From assembly GCF_049075655.1 (NCBI RefSeq), contig NZ_CP157522.1, positions 960,001 through 1,024,000 on the forward strand: a stretch of DNA of 64,000 bases. The letters are read 5' to 3'. Numbering within the stretch: position 1 is the first letter of the stretch; each line of letters begins with the position of its first letter. The translations under genes and the position numbers were made by a program. The notes beneath the pieces were generated by a model. The model was given only the letters and a program-made list of their open reading frames with translations, was not told the DNA's origin and searched no databases. Of this stretch, positions 11,301 to 23,081 are shown piece by piece. The DNA comes from Methanothermococcus sp. Ax23. GTDB lineage: Archaea; AGJL01; Methanococci; Methanococcales; Methanococcaceae.

Positions 11301-12053
11301 TTAAATATTGAATAATTTTTTCGTGTTATTGTATATAATATTAACAATCTCATCATAGTTATAGGTCCCATCATTCTTTTTTATATCGTATATCTTTTCT
11401 ACAACTTTTGTTACATTTGTAGGCTGGTTTTTTTCCCCTTTCACAGGGGATAAATATGGGCTATCCGTTTCAACCACAATATTTTCCAAATCCAAATTCT
11501 TAACAAGTTCTTGGTGATGATTGGAAAAACAAACAAGTGTGGATATGGAAATATAATGATTGTTATTAATTAGTTCCTTTACAAGACTAATATCGCCACT
11601 ATAACAGTGAAACATGGATATTACTCGATTATTTATTAAATTGTAGCATTCTCTTTCAAGACCTCTTCCATGAATTATGACAGGTTTGTTCAGTTCCTCA
11701 GCTAAATTTACAAATTTATTAAATATTTCTTTTTGACGGCTTATATTTTGCACATTTACATCGAGCCCTATTTCACCAACCCCTAAAATTTCCTTTTCAC
11801 TCTGTTTTATTAGATTATATACTTTATCTATCACCTTATCATCAGCCCGCACATTACCGGGATGAAAACCCAAAGTTAGATATACATTATATTCTTCTTT
11901 GAGTTCCAATGCCCTTTTACACCCTCCGAAACTTGCACCACTAGTTATCATCTCCACATTTTTGTTTTTTGCGAGCTCTATAATTTCACGTCTATTTTTG
12001 TTAAATCCTTTATCTTCAATATGGCAGTGGGCATCAATGTATCTAAGTTTCAA
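11301..12053 (-). CDS. tatD: TatD family hydrolase/nuclease
   Basis: DAHCH, GFHP, GEIGLD, ETDSPYL. Confidence 0.93.
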   Translation of the reverse strand: MKLRYIDAHCHIEDKGFNKNRREIIELAKNKNVEMITSGASFGGCKRALELKEEYNVYLTLGFHPGNVRADDKVIDKVYNLIKQSEKEILGVGEIGLDVNVQNISRQKEIFNKFVNLAEELNKPVIIHGRGLERECYNLINNRVISMFHCYSGDISLVKELINNNHYISISTLVCFSNHHQELVKNLDLENIVVETDSPYLSPVKGEKNQPTNVTKVVEKIYDIKKNDGTYNYDEIVNIIYNNTKKLFNI

Positions 12054-12077
12054 TTTTTCACCAAATTGTTATTTATT

Positions 12078-12545
12078 TTATTTTTCTAATTCTTTTATCA
12101 TAAATTCTTTTACCTTTTGTTCTTTATTTTTCGGAACATAGATTTTGAAATTTATAATAATTCTTATAACATCATCTCCATCTACCAACTTACATTCTTC
12201 AAGATATGCCTTTTGCTTATCGAATCTTAAATAAATTTTGCTTTTTTCAAGTCTTAAATCAATATCCTTTTTTAATTTAGTGATATTTCTCTCATTAGAT
12301 TTCACAAGTTGCATAATGTGATTAAATACTTTTTTGGCTATTTTGCTTTTATCTATTGTAATTTTATGAATAAAAATGGGATTTCCAAAACATCCTTCGG
12401 AATCTACTGTTTCAATCTCTAAATCTTCATCATCAATATTTTCCGGCAAAAAATATGCCATTGCTTCCAAAACTTTATCTTCATCTTCTGTGGCATGAGA
12501 AATTGAAGAAATGGTTATATTATTTATTCCAATATTCTCAGTCAT
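12078..12545 (-). CDS. RNA-binding protein (DUF54/exosome-associated family)
   Basis: HATEDEDKV, G.FGNPI, LRFDKQKAY. Confidence 0.85.
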   Translation of the reverse strand: MTENIGINNITISSISHATEDEDKVLEAMAYFLPENIDDEDLEIETVDSEGCFGNPIFIHKITIDKSKIAKKVFNHIMQLVKSNERNITKLKKDIDLRLEKSKIYLRFDKQKAYLEECKLVDGDDVIRIIINFKIYVPKNKEQKVKEFMIKELEK

Positions 12546-12879
12546 AATACACCTTCTGTTTTTATTTTTTATTTTTATATTTAGTTATTTATTTAAATTA
12601 TTTATTTAAAAAACATATATAATTTTAAATATACATGAATATAATTAAAACCAATATCTCGGTTAAAATAGGTATTTTTACATTTATTAAATGTTTTATT
12701 TATATTTTCTGCATTTTTTTAATATATTCAATTCATAAAATGCACAATATTTTTACGACATGTGCCGTATAACAAAAAGCTTTATATAATATATTTTATA
12801 ATGATTAATAATGATGGTTAGGATTGATTAGACAATAGCCTTAATAAATATTTTTCATTATATATCATAATGAGGTGAA

Positions 12880-13413
12880 GTGATGATTGAAGTTAGATTT
12901 CATGGAAGGGGCGGTCAAGGAGCAGTTACTGCCGCTCAAATTTTAGCAAAAGCTGCTTTTTACGATGGTAAGTTCTCCCAAGCTTTTCCGTTTTTCGGTG
13001 TTGAAAGAAGGGGAGCTCCGGTGATGGCTTTTACAAGAATTGATGATAAAAAGATAAGGCTGAGAAGTCAAATATATGAGCCTGATTATGTTGTAGTTCA
13101 AGACCCAACACTTTTGGATACCACTGATGTTACAGGCGGTTTGAAAAAAGGTGGAAAAATTGTAATAAACACGAATAAGGACATAAAATTGGAAGGCTAT
13201 GAAGTTTATACAATTGATGCGACAGGCGTGGCTCTTGAAGTATTGGGGCTTCCTATTGTGAATACCGTTATATTGGGAGCATTTACTGGAGTTACAGGAG
13301 AAGTTAGTATTGACTCACTTAAAAAGGCAATTATGGATACATTCCCAAAAAAACTCGGAGAAAAAAACGCAAAAGCTGCGGAAGTTGCTTATAACATGGT
13401 TAAAGGGGAATAA
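12880..13413 (+). CDS. porC: pyruvate:ferredoxin oxidoreductase gamma subunit
   Basis: [24 protein letters not shown]. Confidence 0.95.
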   Translation: MMIEVRFHGRGGQGAVTAAQILAKAAFYDGKFSQAFPFFGVERRGAPVMAFTRIDDKKIRLRSQIYEPDYVVVQDPTLLDTTDVTGGLKKGGKIVINTNKDIKLEGYEVYTIDATGVALEVLGLPIVNTVILGAFTGVTGEVSIDSLKKAIMDTFPKKLGEKNAKAAEVAYNMVKGE

Positions 13414-13483
13414 GTATACTACACTACATAAATACATAAAACAGAGTAAAATAACAAAGATTAAAATTATATAAGGTGATTTG

Positions 13484-13741
13484 ATGGTTACTATTGGGAC
13501 CATAATATACGAACCAGGGAATTCCGTTAATAATAAAACAGGTAGTTGGAGAGTATTTAAGCCAATAATGGATAAGGATAAATGCGTAATGTGTGAAAAC
13601 TGCTTTATATTTTGTCCAGAGGGATGTATTAAGGAAAAAGATGGAAAATTTGAAATAGATTATGATTACTGCAAAGGATGCCTTATATGTGTAAAAGAAT
13701 GCCCTGTTAAAGCCATAAGTAGTATTAGGGAAGAAAAATAA
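13484..13741 (+). CDS. porD: pyruvate:ferredoxin oxidoreductase delta subunit
   Basis: KTGSWR plus two CxxCxxCxxxCP motifs; DYDYCKGC. Confidence 0.95.
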   Translation: MVTIGTIIYEPGNSVNNKTGSWRVFKPIMDKDKCVMCENCFIFCPEGCIKEKDGKFEIDYDYCKGCLICVKECPVKAISSIREEK

Positions 13742-13831
13742 GGTTATAATTAATTATTTAATGCTGAGTTAATAGAAAATAAATATTTGCTTTTTTAGAT
13801 TAAAAATAGAATAGAGAAAGGTGGATAAATT

Positions 13832-14995
13832 ATGAGTAAAGTTAAAATTATCACTGGAACATCTGCTGCTGCGGAAGCTGCAAGGTTATGTGATGTGGAT
13901 GTTGTTTCAGCTTATCCGATAACTCCTCAGACAACATGTGTGGAAAAATTGGCAGAGTTTGTTGCAAATGGGGAGTTGGATGCAGAATTTATTAAAGTAG
14001 AAAGTGAGCACTCAGCAATGAGTGCATGTATTGGGGCAAGTGCAGCAGGTGCAAGGACTTTCACTGCAACTGCATCGCAAGGACTGGCATTAATGCATGA
14101 GACCTTGTTTATAGCGTCAGGTATGAGATTGCCAATAGTTATGATGAATGCAAATAGGGCATTGTCTGCTCCAATAAACATTTGGAATGACCAGCAGGAC
14201 AGTATATCTCAGAGAGATACTGGATGGATTCAAATATATGCTGAGGATAACCAAGAAACACTGGATTCACTAATTCAAGCGTTTAAAATTGCAGAACATG
14301 AAGATGTATTATTGCCCGTTATGGTTAATTTAGATGGTTTCATATTAACTCATACAGTTGAACCGGTGGAATTGCCTGATGAAGAAGAAGTAAGGGATTT
14401 CGTAGGAGTTTATGAACCTAAACATGCATACATGGACCCAGATAGACCAATAACACAGGGACCTGTTGGTGTTCCAAGTTGCTATATGGAATCAAGACAC
14501 GATGTTCAATTAGCTATGGATAATGCTGAAAAGGTTATAATGGATGTTAATGAAGAATTTGCAAAGAAATTTGGAAGAAAATACGGTAATGGATTAATAG
14601 AAACATACAACATAGAAAATGCAGAAACTGTGCTTGTTGCTATGGGCTCAGTTTGCGGAACAATTAAAGAAGTTATTGATGATTTAAAACAGAAAGGGAA
14701 AGAGTACGGTCTTTTAAGAATAAGAACATATAGACCACTTCCAATAAACCATATAAAGGAAGCATTAAAGAATGCGAAAAATATTGCCATTCTTGATAAA
14801 AACATAACGCTTGGTATGAATAAAGGTGCATTATATATTGATTTGGCAGCCTTCTTAAAGGACAAGAAAACTATTAATTACATCGTCGGTTTGGGAGGAA
14901 GAGATATCAAACCAGAAGATATTAAAGAAATTATGGAACATGCTGAAAAAGCAGAGGATGGAGAAACCAAGTGGGTAGGATTAAAAGAACAATAA
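13832..14995 (+). CDS. porA: pyruvate:ferredoxin oxidoreductase alpha subunit
   Basis: AYPITPQT, ESEHSAMS, TASQGLALM. Confidence 0.96.
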   Translation: MSKVKIITGTSAAAEAARLCDVDVVSAYPITPQTTCVEKLAEFVANGELDAEFIKVESEHSAMSACIGASAAGARTFTATASQGLALMHETLFIASGMRLPIVMMNANRALSAPINIWNDQQDSISQRDTGWIQIYAEDNQETLDSLIQAFKIAEHEDVLLPVMVNLDGFILTHTVEPVELPDEEEVRDFVGVYEPKHAYMDPDRPITQGPVGVPSCYMESRHDVQLAMDNAEKVIMDVNEEFAKKFGRKYGNGLIETYNIENAETVLVAMGSVCGTIKEVIDDLKQKGKEYGLLRIRTYRPLPINHIKEALKNAKNIAILDKNITLGMNKGALYIDLAAFLKDKKTINYIVGLGGRDIKPEDIKEIMEHAEKAEDGETKWVGLKEQ

Positions 14996-15046
14996 ATAAA
15001 AATTAAAATTAAAAAAATTAGGAAGAAGAATAATTTGGTGATAGAA

Positions 15047-15943
15047 ATGGCTGAAAAACAATTTCCAAGAGAGGAACATTTTGCTCCAGGTCATAGGGGT
15101 TGTGCAGGCTGTGGAGCAGCAATTATCGTTAGGCAGGCATTAAAAGCTGCTGGAAAAGATACAATAGTAGCAAATGCCACAGGATGTTTAGAGGTTATGA
15201 CCACACCATATCCTGAAACAGCTTGGAGAGTTCCATGGATACATGTTGCTTTTGAAAATGCCGCAGCTGTTGCAAGTGGTATGGAAAGTGCAGTAAAGGC
15301 TTTACAGAGAAAGAGAAAAAAATATGCCGATAAAAAAATAAATGTAATAGCATTTGGTGGAGATGGAGGAACAGCAGACATTGGTTTCCAGGCATTAAGT
15401 GGTGCCATGGAAAGAGGGCACAATATGGTATATATTATGTATGACAACGAGGCATACATGAATACAGGTATTCAAAGAAGTAGTTCTACACCATTACTTG
15501 CATCAACAACAACTTCTCCTGCGGGTAGTGTCATAAGAGGGGAAGATAGACCTAAAAAGGATATGCCTATGATTATGGCTGCACATGGGGTCCCTTATGT
15601 TGCTACCGCATGTTTGAGCTATCCTGAGGATTTCATGAATAAGGTTAAAAAAGCATGCGAAATAGATGGTCCAGCATTTATTCACGTATTCCAACCATGT
15701 ACTACTGGATGGAGATATGACCCAAAGGATACAGTAGAAATGGGAAGATTAGCAGTAGAAACTGGTGTATTCCCACTGTATGAAATCGAAAATGGAGAAT
15801 TTAGAATATCATACAAGCCAGTAAAAAGAAAACCATTGAAAGAATATGTAAAAATGCAAAAGAGATATAGGCATTTAACAGATGAAGATATTGAAATGTT
15901 GCAAAAATGCATAGATGAGAAATGTAAATTATTGGGATTATAA
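15047..15943 (+). CDS. porB: pyruvate:ferredoxin oxidoreductase beta subunit
   Basis: [12 protein letters not shown]-binding [24 protein letters not shown]. Confidence 0.96.
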   Translation: MAEKQFPREEHFAPGHRGCAGCGAAIIVRQALKAAGKDTIVANATGCLEVMTTPYPETAWRVPWIHVAFENAAAVASGMESAVKALQRKRKKYADKKINVIAFGGDGGTADIGFQALSGAMERGHNMVYIMYDNEAYMNTGIQRSSSTPLLASTTTSPAGSVIRGEDRPKKDMPMIMAAHGVPYVATACLSYPEDFMNKVKKACEIDGPAFIHVFQPCTTGWRYDPKDTVEMGRLAVETGVFPLYEIENGEFRISYKPVKRKPLKEYVKMQKRYRHLTDEDIEMLQKCIDEKCKLLGL

Positions 15944-16041
15944 ATTTAATAAATTATACGATTTAAACCTTTAATTTATTCAAATTTTTTTATTTTAATA
16001 TAAATATTTTAATATAATTATACACGCTAATTGGTGTTATC

Positions 16042-16557
16042 ATGAAAAAGATAGTAATGATTAATGATAAGTGTGATAACTGCGGAGATTGTGTTAAAGC
16101 ATGTATGGGACTTCATGGAGTAAGTAGGATTGGTATATTGGAACATGATGGTAGATATTTGCCCGTAGTATGTCAGCATTGTGCGTCAGCACCCTGTAAG
16201 GAAGTATGTCCTGTTGAGGCTATTGAAAATAAGGATGGGGTTATTTACTTAGAAGAATCTAAATGTATAGGTTGTGGATTGTGTGCTATGGCTTGCCCAT
16301 TCGGTGCTATTTCTATGTCCGATGTGGCACACAAATGCTCACTGTGTATGGAACAGGAAGATGATGAATGTGCCTGTGTTAAAGCATGTTCAAAGAGATG
16401 TTTGGATTTGGTAGATATATTTGATATTGTATTTGATAAAAGAGTTAAAAATCTTGAAAACATGTCCAAATTAAATTTAAAGTCCGGTAAAAAAGAAGGT
16501 GGCACTCTTTTATCAAAAATCGCCAGTTCTGCAAAAGTGGGTAATCCACTGAAATAA
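16042..16557 (+). CDS. porE: POR-associated polyferredoxin
   Basis: Multiple 4Fe-4S motifs (CQHCASAPC, CIGCGLCAMACPFG); position after porB as in Methanococcus. Confidence 0.8.
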   Translation: MKKIVMINDKCDNCGDCVKACMGLHGVSRIGILEHDGRYLPVVCQHCASAPCKEVCPVEAIENKDGVIYLEESKCIGCGLCAMACPFGAISMSDVAHKCSLCMEQEDDECACVKACSKRCLDLVDIFDIVFDKRVKNLENMSKLNLKSGKKEGGTLLSKIASSAKVGNPLK

Positions 16558-16588
16558 ATTTTTACAGCTTAACTAAGTGGTGAGTAGT

Positions 16589-17005
16589 ATGAAACTAATG
16601 CCTAATATTAAACTCTGTGTAGATTGTAAAAGGTGTGAAAGGGTTTGTCCGACCAATGGAATGTTTGTTGTTGAAGGCGTCCCTGTAAAATGTATGCACT
16701 GTGAAGATGCACCATGTTTAAATGTATGTCCTGAATATGCCATTGAAAGAATAGATGATAAAGTAGTGGTCCATAAGGAGAAATGTGTGGGATGTGGATT
16801 ATGTATGGATGCCTGCCCATTCGGTGCCATGAGGATGAATCATAATTTAGGAGTAGTATTTAAATGCGATGGATGCTATACAAAAGATGAAGAATTATGT
16901 AAAATCGTCTGCCCTACTGGTGCATTAGAATACAGTGAAAAAACAGTGGAAAATAAACAAAAAGAACTTGTATCAAAACTTAAAAAAATATATTCTTACA
17001 TTTAA
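16589..17005 (+). CDS. porF: POR-associated polyferredoxin
   Basis: CMHCEDAPC, CVGCGLCMDACPFG; position after porE. Confidence 0.8.
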   Translation: MKLMPNIKLCVDCKRCERVCPTNGMFVVEGVPVKCMHCEDAPCLNVCPEYAIERIDDKVVVHKEKCVGCGLCMDACPFGAMRMNHNLGVVFKCDGCYTKDEELCKIVCPTGALEYSEKTVENKQKELVSKLKKIYSYI

Positions 17006-17033
17006 TTTTGTATCTATTTTCTATTTTTTATCT

Positions 17034-17552
17034 TTATTTTATTTGAAGTGGAATTAAGTTAGGTTTTATCATATTATTTTTAATTTCAATTTTCATAATG
17101 GTTTTAAGTGGAAACCTTGGAACTGTTGGGCTCCCGGGATTTAATAAAAGGATTTTTTTGTTTAATTCAGGTATTTTTATTTCTTTTATAAGTGGAATAT
17201 GAGTATGTCCAGATATGAGCACATCTAAATCTTTTTCTAAGCTGTAATATTTCATCTTTAATAAATCCCCCCTGGGATAAATTATGTCCCCATGGATAAT
17301 GCCTATTTTAAAGTTTTCAATATTCAAAACTTTCTCCCTTGGAAGTTCGAGATGGTCCATATTTCCCTTAACTGCTATTACTTCCGCCATATCATTTAAT
17401 TCATCTAAAATAGATTTTGACGTTAGGTCTCCACAATGGATTATTATATCTACATCTGAAAACTGTTTATAAACCTCTTTTGGTATTTTATCTACCCTAT
17501 CGCCCATGTGGGTGTCTGAAATAACACCTATAATCAATTTATCACCTACCAT
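17034..17552 (-). CDS. YfcE/Vps29-like metallophosphoesterase
   Basis: SDTH, HCGD, GNMD, GHTH, NPGS motifs. Confidence 0.92.
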   Translation of the reverse strand: MVGDKLIIGVISDTHMGDRVDKIPKEVYKQFSDVDIIIHCGDLTSKSILDELNDMAEVIAVKGNMDHLELPREKVLNIENFKIGIIHGDIIYPRGDLLKMKYYSLEKDLDVLISGHTHIPLIKEIKIPELNKKILLLNPGSPTVPRFPLKTIMKIEIKNNMIKPNLIPLQIK

Positions 17553-17765
17553 TTTTCATAAAACTGGTTTAATGATATATACAAAATATGGTTGAAAATA
17601 TATAAATAAATTTGGATATATTATATAAAATTGAATGATAAAATATTTATGAAATAACCCTTGGAAAATATAAAAAAGTATAATATGCCTATTTATTGGA
17701 TAGATTGCTTAAAATAAAGATGATGGAAATAAGAAAAAACAGCAAAAATCCTTTTAATAAAAAGT

Positions 17766-18071
17766 GGCTTCCTTGGGGTGGATATGAGCTCCTACTGTCC
17801 ATCTACCCCAAGTCCTACTCGATTCCGCTACCCTGTGAGCGTCGGTGTCCCACCTACCGCTGCTCCCTTCCGGGCCTGACGGGGTTCGGTGGATTAAGGA
17901 GGTTTGCCCACTCCCTACAGAGTGGGTCCCTCCACCGCCTTACCCCACAGGACGAAATGTCAACGCAGAACTTGGGAATGAACAGTAGAATGCCCATACC
18001 GCCCCCAAGTTTTCGGCTCCCGCATAAGACGATTTCGGGTTACAGGGGACGCCTAACCCCCCAGCCTAGCC
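17766..18071 (-). ncRNA. ffs: archaeal SRP (7S) RNA
   Basis: GC-rich ~306-nt island; minus strand has helix-8 motif GTCAGGCCCGGAAGGGAGCAGC, 5' GGCTAGGCTGGGGGGTTAGGCGTCCCCTGTAACCCGAAA Alu domain, paired ends and an upstream TATA. Confidence 0.93.
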
Positions 18072-18265
18072 AAATTACTATTTATATTTAACGTATATAT
18101 ACTTTACTATTATTATTTGATATTATCCATCTATTATCTATTATTTGTCTATCTGATATATCTTTAATTTAATTAAAAAGGAAAATATAAATATGTGGTG
18201 TTATAAAATTGAGTATATATTAAATTATATTATGATTAATATTTATTTATGTAAAGGAGGATAGT

Positions 18266-19363
18266 ATGAGACTAGTCAATGAAGCATTATCGAAGAACAA
18301 CGATGAATTATACAATAAACAAATTTCAAAAGATGATTTTGGAAATGCCAGTATTATTGTAGTTGGATGTGGCGGTGCAGGGAACAACACAGTTCATAGG
18401 CTTATGGAAATAGGTATTGAAGGTGCGGAAACCATAGCCCTTAATACCGACAAACAGCATTTAGAGCATATAAACGCTGATAAAAAGATTTTAATCGGTT
18501 CCACATTAACAAGAGGGCTTGGAGCAGGGGGCTATCCTGAGATTGGAAAAAAATCAGCTGAGCTCGCAAAAAATGTTTTGGAAGATGTTTTAAAAAATGC
18601 AGATTTAGTATTTGTCACTGCTGGAATGGGTGGTGGAACAGGAACTGGTTCTGCGCCAATTGTAGCAGAAATAGCAAAAGAAAATGGTGCAGTAGTTATT
18701 GGAATGGTTACATATCCTTTTAAGATAGAAAGAGCAAGGTTGAAAAAGGCCGATGAAGGTCTTGCAAGACTAACTGAAAGTTGTGACACAGTTATTGTAA
18801 TTGACAATAACAGACTTGTTGATTTTGTTCCAAACTTACCTATAAATGAGGCATTTAAAGTTGCAGACGAAATAATAGCTCAGGCAGTTAAAGGTATCAC
18901 TGAGACCATATCTAGAAAGAGCTTAATAAATATAGATTATGCCGATGTGAGGTCAATTATGACCGATGGTGGAGTGGCAATGATTGGTGTTGGTGAAGTA
19001 GATTATGAAACAAAAGGAGATAGGGTTGAAAAAGTTGTTAAAGATACATTAAGCTGTCCTCTTTTAGATGTAGATTATAAAGGTGCCACAGGAGCTCTGA
19101 TACATATCACGGGAGGTCCTGATTTAACACTTGGAGAGGCTAACAGAATCGGGGAAGGCATCACTGAAAGCATGGAATCTAATGCAAATGTGATATGGGG
19201 TGCGAGAATTGACCCTACCATGGAAGGTTGTATTAGAGTTATGACAATAATAACTGGTGTGAAATCTTCAAGTATATTAGGAAGTGGAGAGATGCCAAGA
19301 AGAATAATACCTAAATCTTCTCAAAAAAGTAAATCATCATTAGGTATTGATTATATTGTATAA
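18266..19363 (+). CDS. ftsZ: cell division protein FtsZ
   Basis: GCGGAGNN, GGGTGTG tubulin signature, INIDYADV. Confidence 0.97.
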   Translation: MRLVNEALSKNNDELYNKQISKDDFGNASIIVVGCGGAGNNTVHRLMEIGIEGAETIALNTDKQHLEHINADKKILIGSTLTRGLGAGGYPEIGKKSAELAKNVLEDVLKNADLVFVTAGMGGGTGTGSAPIVAEIAKENGAVVIGMVTYPFKIERARLKKADEGLARLTESCDTVIVIDNNRLVDFVPNLPINEAFKVADEIIAQAVKGITETISRKSLINIDYADVRSIMTDGGVAMIGVGEVDYETKGDRVEKVVKDTLSCPLLDVDYKGATGALIHITGGPDLTLGEANRIGEGITESMESNANVIWGARIDPTMEGCIRVMTIITGVKSSSILGSGEMPRRIIPKSSQKSKSSLGIDYIV

Positions 19364-19437
19364 TTAACTTATTATATTTATCTTATATTGTATATATTTT
19401 ATATTTTTATATCATAACAACTTATTTTTGTGAAACC

Positions 19438-19950
19438 ATGAAAGCACATGAGAGGCTTTTATTAAGCTTGGATTCGGATAAATTTACAGATGAATTTAAA
19501 AAAATTCTACTGGAACTTAATATACCCTTGAAGGAGTTTTCTGAAATATCTGACATACCATACAGCACACTTTATAAAATAGTGCAAGGGAGGGATTTTA
19601 GGGTATCTACCCTCAAAAAAATCATAGATACTATAAAGGAATTTGAAAAAGATAAAGATGAGATTGATAAAATAGCTGTGATTGCGGCTAGGCCTTCATT
19701 AAACAAAATAAAAACTAAAATATTCTCTGTAAAAGGTAAGGACTACCTATTAAAAGAATATCCTGCAAATTCCTTAGAAGACTGTATCACTGCATCGATA
19801 CAGGCAGAAAGGGAAGGGGTCAAGGCGATAATTTGTGCCCCTATTGTAAGTTCGAGCATTGAAAAAGTTGTAAGAGTTCCTGTTGCTGTGGTCATACCTG
19901 AAAAGGATGCATTTATGAATGCTCTCGAAATCGTTGCAAATAAAATCTAA
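19438..19950 (+). CDS. XRE-type HTH transcriptional regulator
   Basis: LKEFSEISDIPYSTLYKI HTH; AVIAARPSL and ICAPIVS conserved C-domain. Confidence 0.8.
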   Translation: MKAHERLLLSLDSDKFTDEFKKILLELNIPLKEFSEISDIPYSTLYKIVQGRDFRVSTLKKIIDTIKEFEKDKDEIDKIAVIAARPSLNKIKTKIFSVKGKDYLLKEYPANSLEDCITASIQAEREGVKAIICAPIVSSSIEKVVRVPVAVVIPEKDAFMNALEIVANKI

Positions 19951-20044
19951 AAAATAACAATTTCTTTTTTGTTGTCTATCCTATATAATAAAAAGAGCAA
20001 AGAAAAGAAATAAATTTATAAAATGTATTATTTGAGTATTTTAA

Positions 20045-20830
20045 TTATTTTATTTTTTCCACAAATGAATTGATTCTCTTCATATTTTTTGATAATATTT
20101 CATCTATTTCTGGGGCAATATCTTCATCTAAACAGCTTACAGTTATTGCAGGAGCATTTACTTCACTTATAAACTTTTTAGCATTTTTCTCGTGGAATAG
20201 CATTCCCTCATAGTATTTCAAATTAGGCATGGCATAAAGCACTCCGTCGAGCTCCCTTATTTCATTACATGAATCAAGCACAGTATCGATAGTTAGAGTC
20301 ATAGTTCCAGATGTTTTCGAAACTTTCGATGACCTAAATGTGTTTAACAGACCTCTTTTTTTACCGGTATTTAGTCTTTCCATGGAGTTGTCTATTTCAA
20401 AAACATCTATATCGTATGTGCATTTTGGATTTTCTACAATAAGCACATCTGGATTAAATTGTGATAAAATTTCTGGTTCTATACCGCCTATTCCAGTTAT
20501 ATCAACAATCAAATCAGGGTTTAGTTTTCCATTTCTTAATGCTAAATTGAATTTGTTTGAATCCATAAATGTTATTTTTTCGTTGATTATTATATCTTTT
20601 AAATGTGGATAGACATCTACAAGTATTACCTCATCTGAATCTCTTATTAGTGAGTGAGCCATATAATTTCCACATAAATAAGCACCAAAAACAATAGCTT
20701 GTTTAAATTCCTGCCCTTCTAAAAAGTATTTTATGGCGTTTGTCTTTTTTTCTACAATGTCATAAATAATATCTTTAACTTTTGTTTTTGATTCTATTGT
20801 TTTTACAGTTTCTGTTATGCCATATTTCAT
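20045..20830 (-). CDS. hcgC: FeGP cofactor biosynthesis SAM-dependent methyltransferase
   Basis: MKYGITETVKT, GAYL.G, KTSGTMTLT; adjacent to hcgB. Confidence 0.85.
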   Translation of the reverse strand: MKYGITETVKTIESKTKVKDIIYDIVEKKTNAIKYFLEGQEFKQAIVFGAYLCGNYMAHSLIRDSDEVILVDVYPHLKDIIINEKITFMDSNKFNLALRNGKLNPDLIVDITGIGGIEPEILSQFNPDVLIVENPKCTYDIDVFEIDNSMERLNTGKKRGLLNTFRSSKVSKTSGTMTLTIDTVLDSCNEIRELDGVLYAMPNLKYYEGMLFHEKNAKKFISEVNAPAITVSCLDEDIAPEIDEILSKNMKRINSFVEKIK

Positions 20831-20834
20831 ATTA

Positions 20835-21335
20835 TCACCAACGATTATCTGTAATTCCAATCCTTTTTAGTGCATCGATTAATTCATTTTTTACTGTGTC
20901 TTCAATGCTTTCTTTATGTATAATTGACGATGGAGATAATGAACCTGTTAGTATCCTCCCTTTATTATCCATAATCAATAACATTGAGCCAGAACCTGGA
21001 ACGCCGAACCTACCTCTTGCAATAACAATATCTGCATTTGAAGTATCCACGGCAATTAAGCCCTTATTTAATGCAGGCATCCTTGTTAAATCTGAAACTT
21101 CTGTGGGCATATCTATTTTTGATACAACTATATTCTTATTTTTTTCTTTATCCAATATCTCTAAGAGAATATCCCTTACTACTTTAAATTTTTTTGGATT
21201 GTTTGTTGCAACAACAATATTTTTTGCATTTAATATTGTCTGTTTAATCAATTCAACCTCTTCTTTTTTATCTCCCTTTCTAGTTCCATTGTATGATTCA
21301 ACATAGGCGCACTTTATAGATTCTTCAATTTTCAT
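20835..21335 (-). CDS. hcgB: FeGP cofactor biosynthesis guanylyltransferase
   Basis: RKGDKKEE, DLTRMPAL.KG, ARGR.GVPGSGSM. Confidence 0.87.
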   Translation of the reverse strand: MKIEESIKCAYVESYNGTRKGDKKEEVELIKQTILNAKNIVVATNNPKKFKVVRDILLEILDKEKNKNIVVSKIDMPTEVSDLTRMPALNKGLIAVDTSNADIVIARGRFGVPGSGSMLLIMDNKGRILTGSLSPSSIIHKESIEDTVKNELIDALKRIGITDNRW

Positions 21336-21388
21336 TTTTTCCCTATTTTTTATAGTTTTAAGTTTTGCCGCTTTTACTTTACTGCTTT

Positions 21389-22909
21389 TTACTGCCTGTA
21401 TTTAACCTTTTTAAGCCAGTTCAATTCATTCTTGTGGAGCTCCCTTATATCAGTTAATCCCAATCTGAGCATAGCCAACCTACTCAATCCAATGCCCCAT
21501 GCTAAAACTGGTTTTTCTATTCCAATAGGTTTAAGCACCTCAGGTCTGAATATTCCAGCTCCAAGAAGTTCTAGCCATCCTTTTCCTTCCAAATAAACCT
21601 CTGCCTCCAATGAAGGTTCTGTAAATGGGAAGTATGCAGGTCTTACTCTGACTTTATCAAAGCCTAATCTATTTAAAAATTCCACTAAGATGCCCATTAG
21701 GTTATCAAAATTAACATCATCATCCATAATTATTCCTTCACACTGATAAAATTCAGGAAGATGCTTATAATCAATAGCTTCGTTCCTAAATACCCTATCT
21801 ATACAAAATACCTTATGGGGCTGGTTTTTTTCTTCATCCGATAATGAAGCTAAATATTTTATTGATGAAACGGTTGTATGGGTTCTTAAAACTGTTCTTT
21901 TGGATATATTTTCGTCAAATTTATAGCCCCATCCCTTAGAAATCTTTTCACCATCGGCAATACCGTTCTCATGTATATCTTTCACTTTTTTTAGGAGCTC
22001 AGCTGGAACATCCCCTTTGTCAGGGTATCTTAAAAAGAATGTATCCTGCATATCCCTTGCTGGATGGTCTTGTGGTTCAAATAATACATCAAAGTTCCAA
22101 AATTCTGTCTCAACGATAGGGTTTTTTACTTCTTTGAATCCCATTCCAATTAAAATATCCTTAACTTCGTGTATCACTCTTGCCATAGGATGCAGTTTTG
22201 CAGGATATATATCTTCTGTTGGGATATTCACATCATAAGGTCTTATGTGGCATTCTTTCCATTTTCCGCTGATGATATGTTCTCTGGTTAATTGGGAAAT
22301 TTCTTCCTTTATTTCAATTGGATTTTTTATGAATTCCTTTCCTTTTTCTGTTAATTTAATTGTCCTATCGACTATTTCTTCAACTTCAATAAATCCTCTT
22401 TTTTTCAAGTTATCAAGGGCTTTTGCATTTTTATATTCTTCTAAATTATTATTTATTTTTATTTTTTTTAGGAGCTCCTCCTCTTCATCCACATAATCTA
22501 AATTGTCTATAACAATATTCCCTTTATCAATTTTCGCAATCTTTTTTTTCTTCAAATTTCCCAATGCAGGGCTTATTTCAGCTTTATCCAATATATTTCC
22601 AAGGTCTTTAATTGGTATTGAATTTACACCTTTTTCTTTTAAATAATTTGCAATTTTTCTTTCTGGAAGACCTTCATTTAATGCCTTTTCTCCCCTTTCT
22701 GTTAATCTGACATATTCTTTTTTATTCTCAATAATTTCTACCAGTTCCTTTCCGGATAACCATAATGCAGTTCTCATAACCTTTGTTTCTGAACCCATTA
22801 ATTCATTTTTTGCTAACTCTTCAACTGTGATTTCATCTTTCCCGCTGTCTTGAAATATTTTTAGAAGTTTCTTCTCATCAATATGAAGTTCCATTATTCC
22901 ACGCTCCAA
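21389..22909 (-). CDS. pheS: phenylalanyl-tRNA synthetase alpha subunit
   Basis: [34 protein letters not shown]. Confidence 0.97.
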   Translation of the reverse strand: MERGIMELHIDEKKLLKIFQDSGKDEITVEELAKNELMGSETKVMRTALWLSGKELVEIIENKKEYVRLTERGEKALNEGLPERKIANYLKEKGVNSIPIKDLGNILDKAEISPALGNLKKKKIAKIDKGNIVIDNLDYVDEEEELLKKIKINNNLEEYKNAKALDNLKKRGFIEVEEIVDRTIKLTEKGKEFIKNPIEIKEEISQLTREHIISGKWKECHIRPYDVNIPTEDIYPAKLHPMARVIHEVKDILIGMGFKEVKNPIVETEFWNFDVLFEPQDHPARDMQDTFFLRYPDKGDVPAELLKKVKDIHENGIADGEKISKGWGYKFDENISKRTVLRTHTTVSSIKYLASLSDEEKNQPHKVFCIDRVFRNEAIDYKHLPEFYQCEGIIMDDDVNFDNLMGILVEFLNRLGFDKVRVRPAYFPFTEPSLEAEVYLEGKGWLELLGAGIFRPEVLKPIGIEKPVLAWGIGLSRLAMLRLGLTDIRELHKNELNWLKKVKYRQ

Positions 22910-23081
22910 ATTATGTATTTTTACAAATAAATCCTTAAAACCATATTTTAATATAAATCATACTTAAATATCATTTATATTTAAATAGTTATTAAATATA
23001 TAATTTATCCATCTTTTTTAATTCAATTATGGATTTTATGAATAAACTACATATAATTTAAATACTAAATATGGTGAGTTT

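Noticed and set aside
17766-18071. RNase P RNA
   Set aside because: Lacks the GAGGAAAGTCC/AGAA P4 motifs and has the SRP helix-8 GGAA motif instead.
17696-18091. 131-aa plus-strand ORF
   Set aside because: Shadow of the GC-rich SRP RNA on the opposite strand; no RBS or protein-like features.
20045-21335. hcgBC separated from hmd as a novelty
   Set aside because: Dispersed hcg genes next to pheS are the usual arrangement in Methanococcales.
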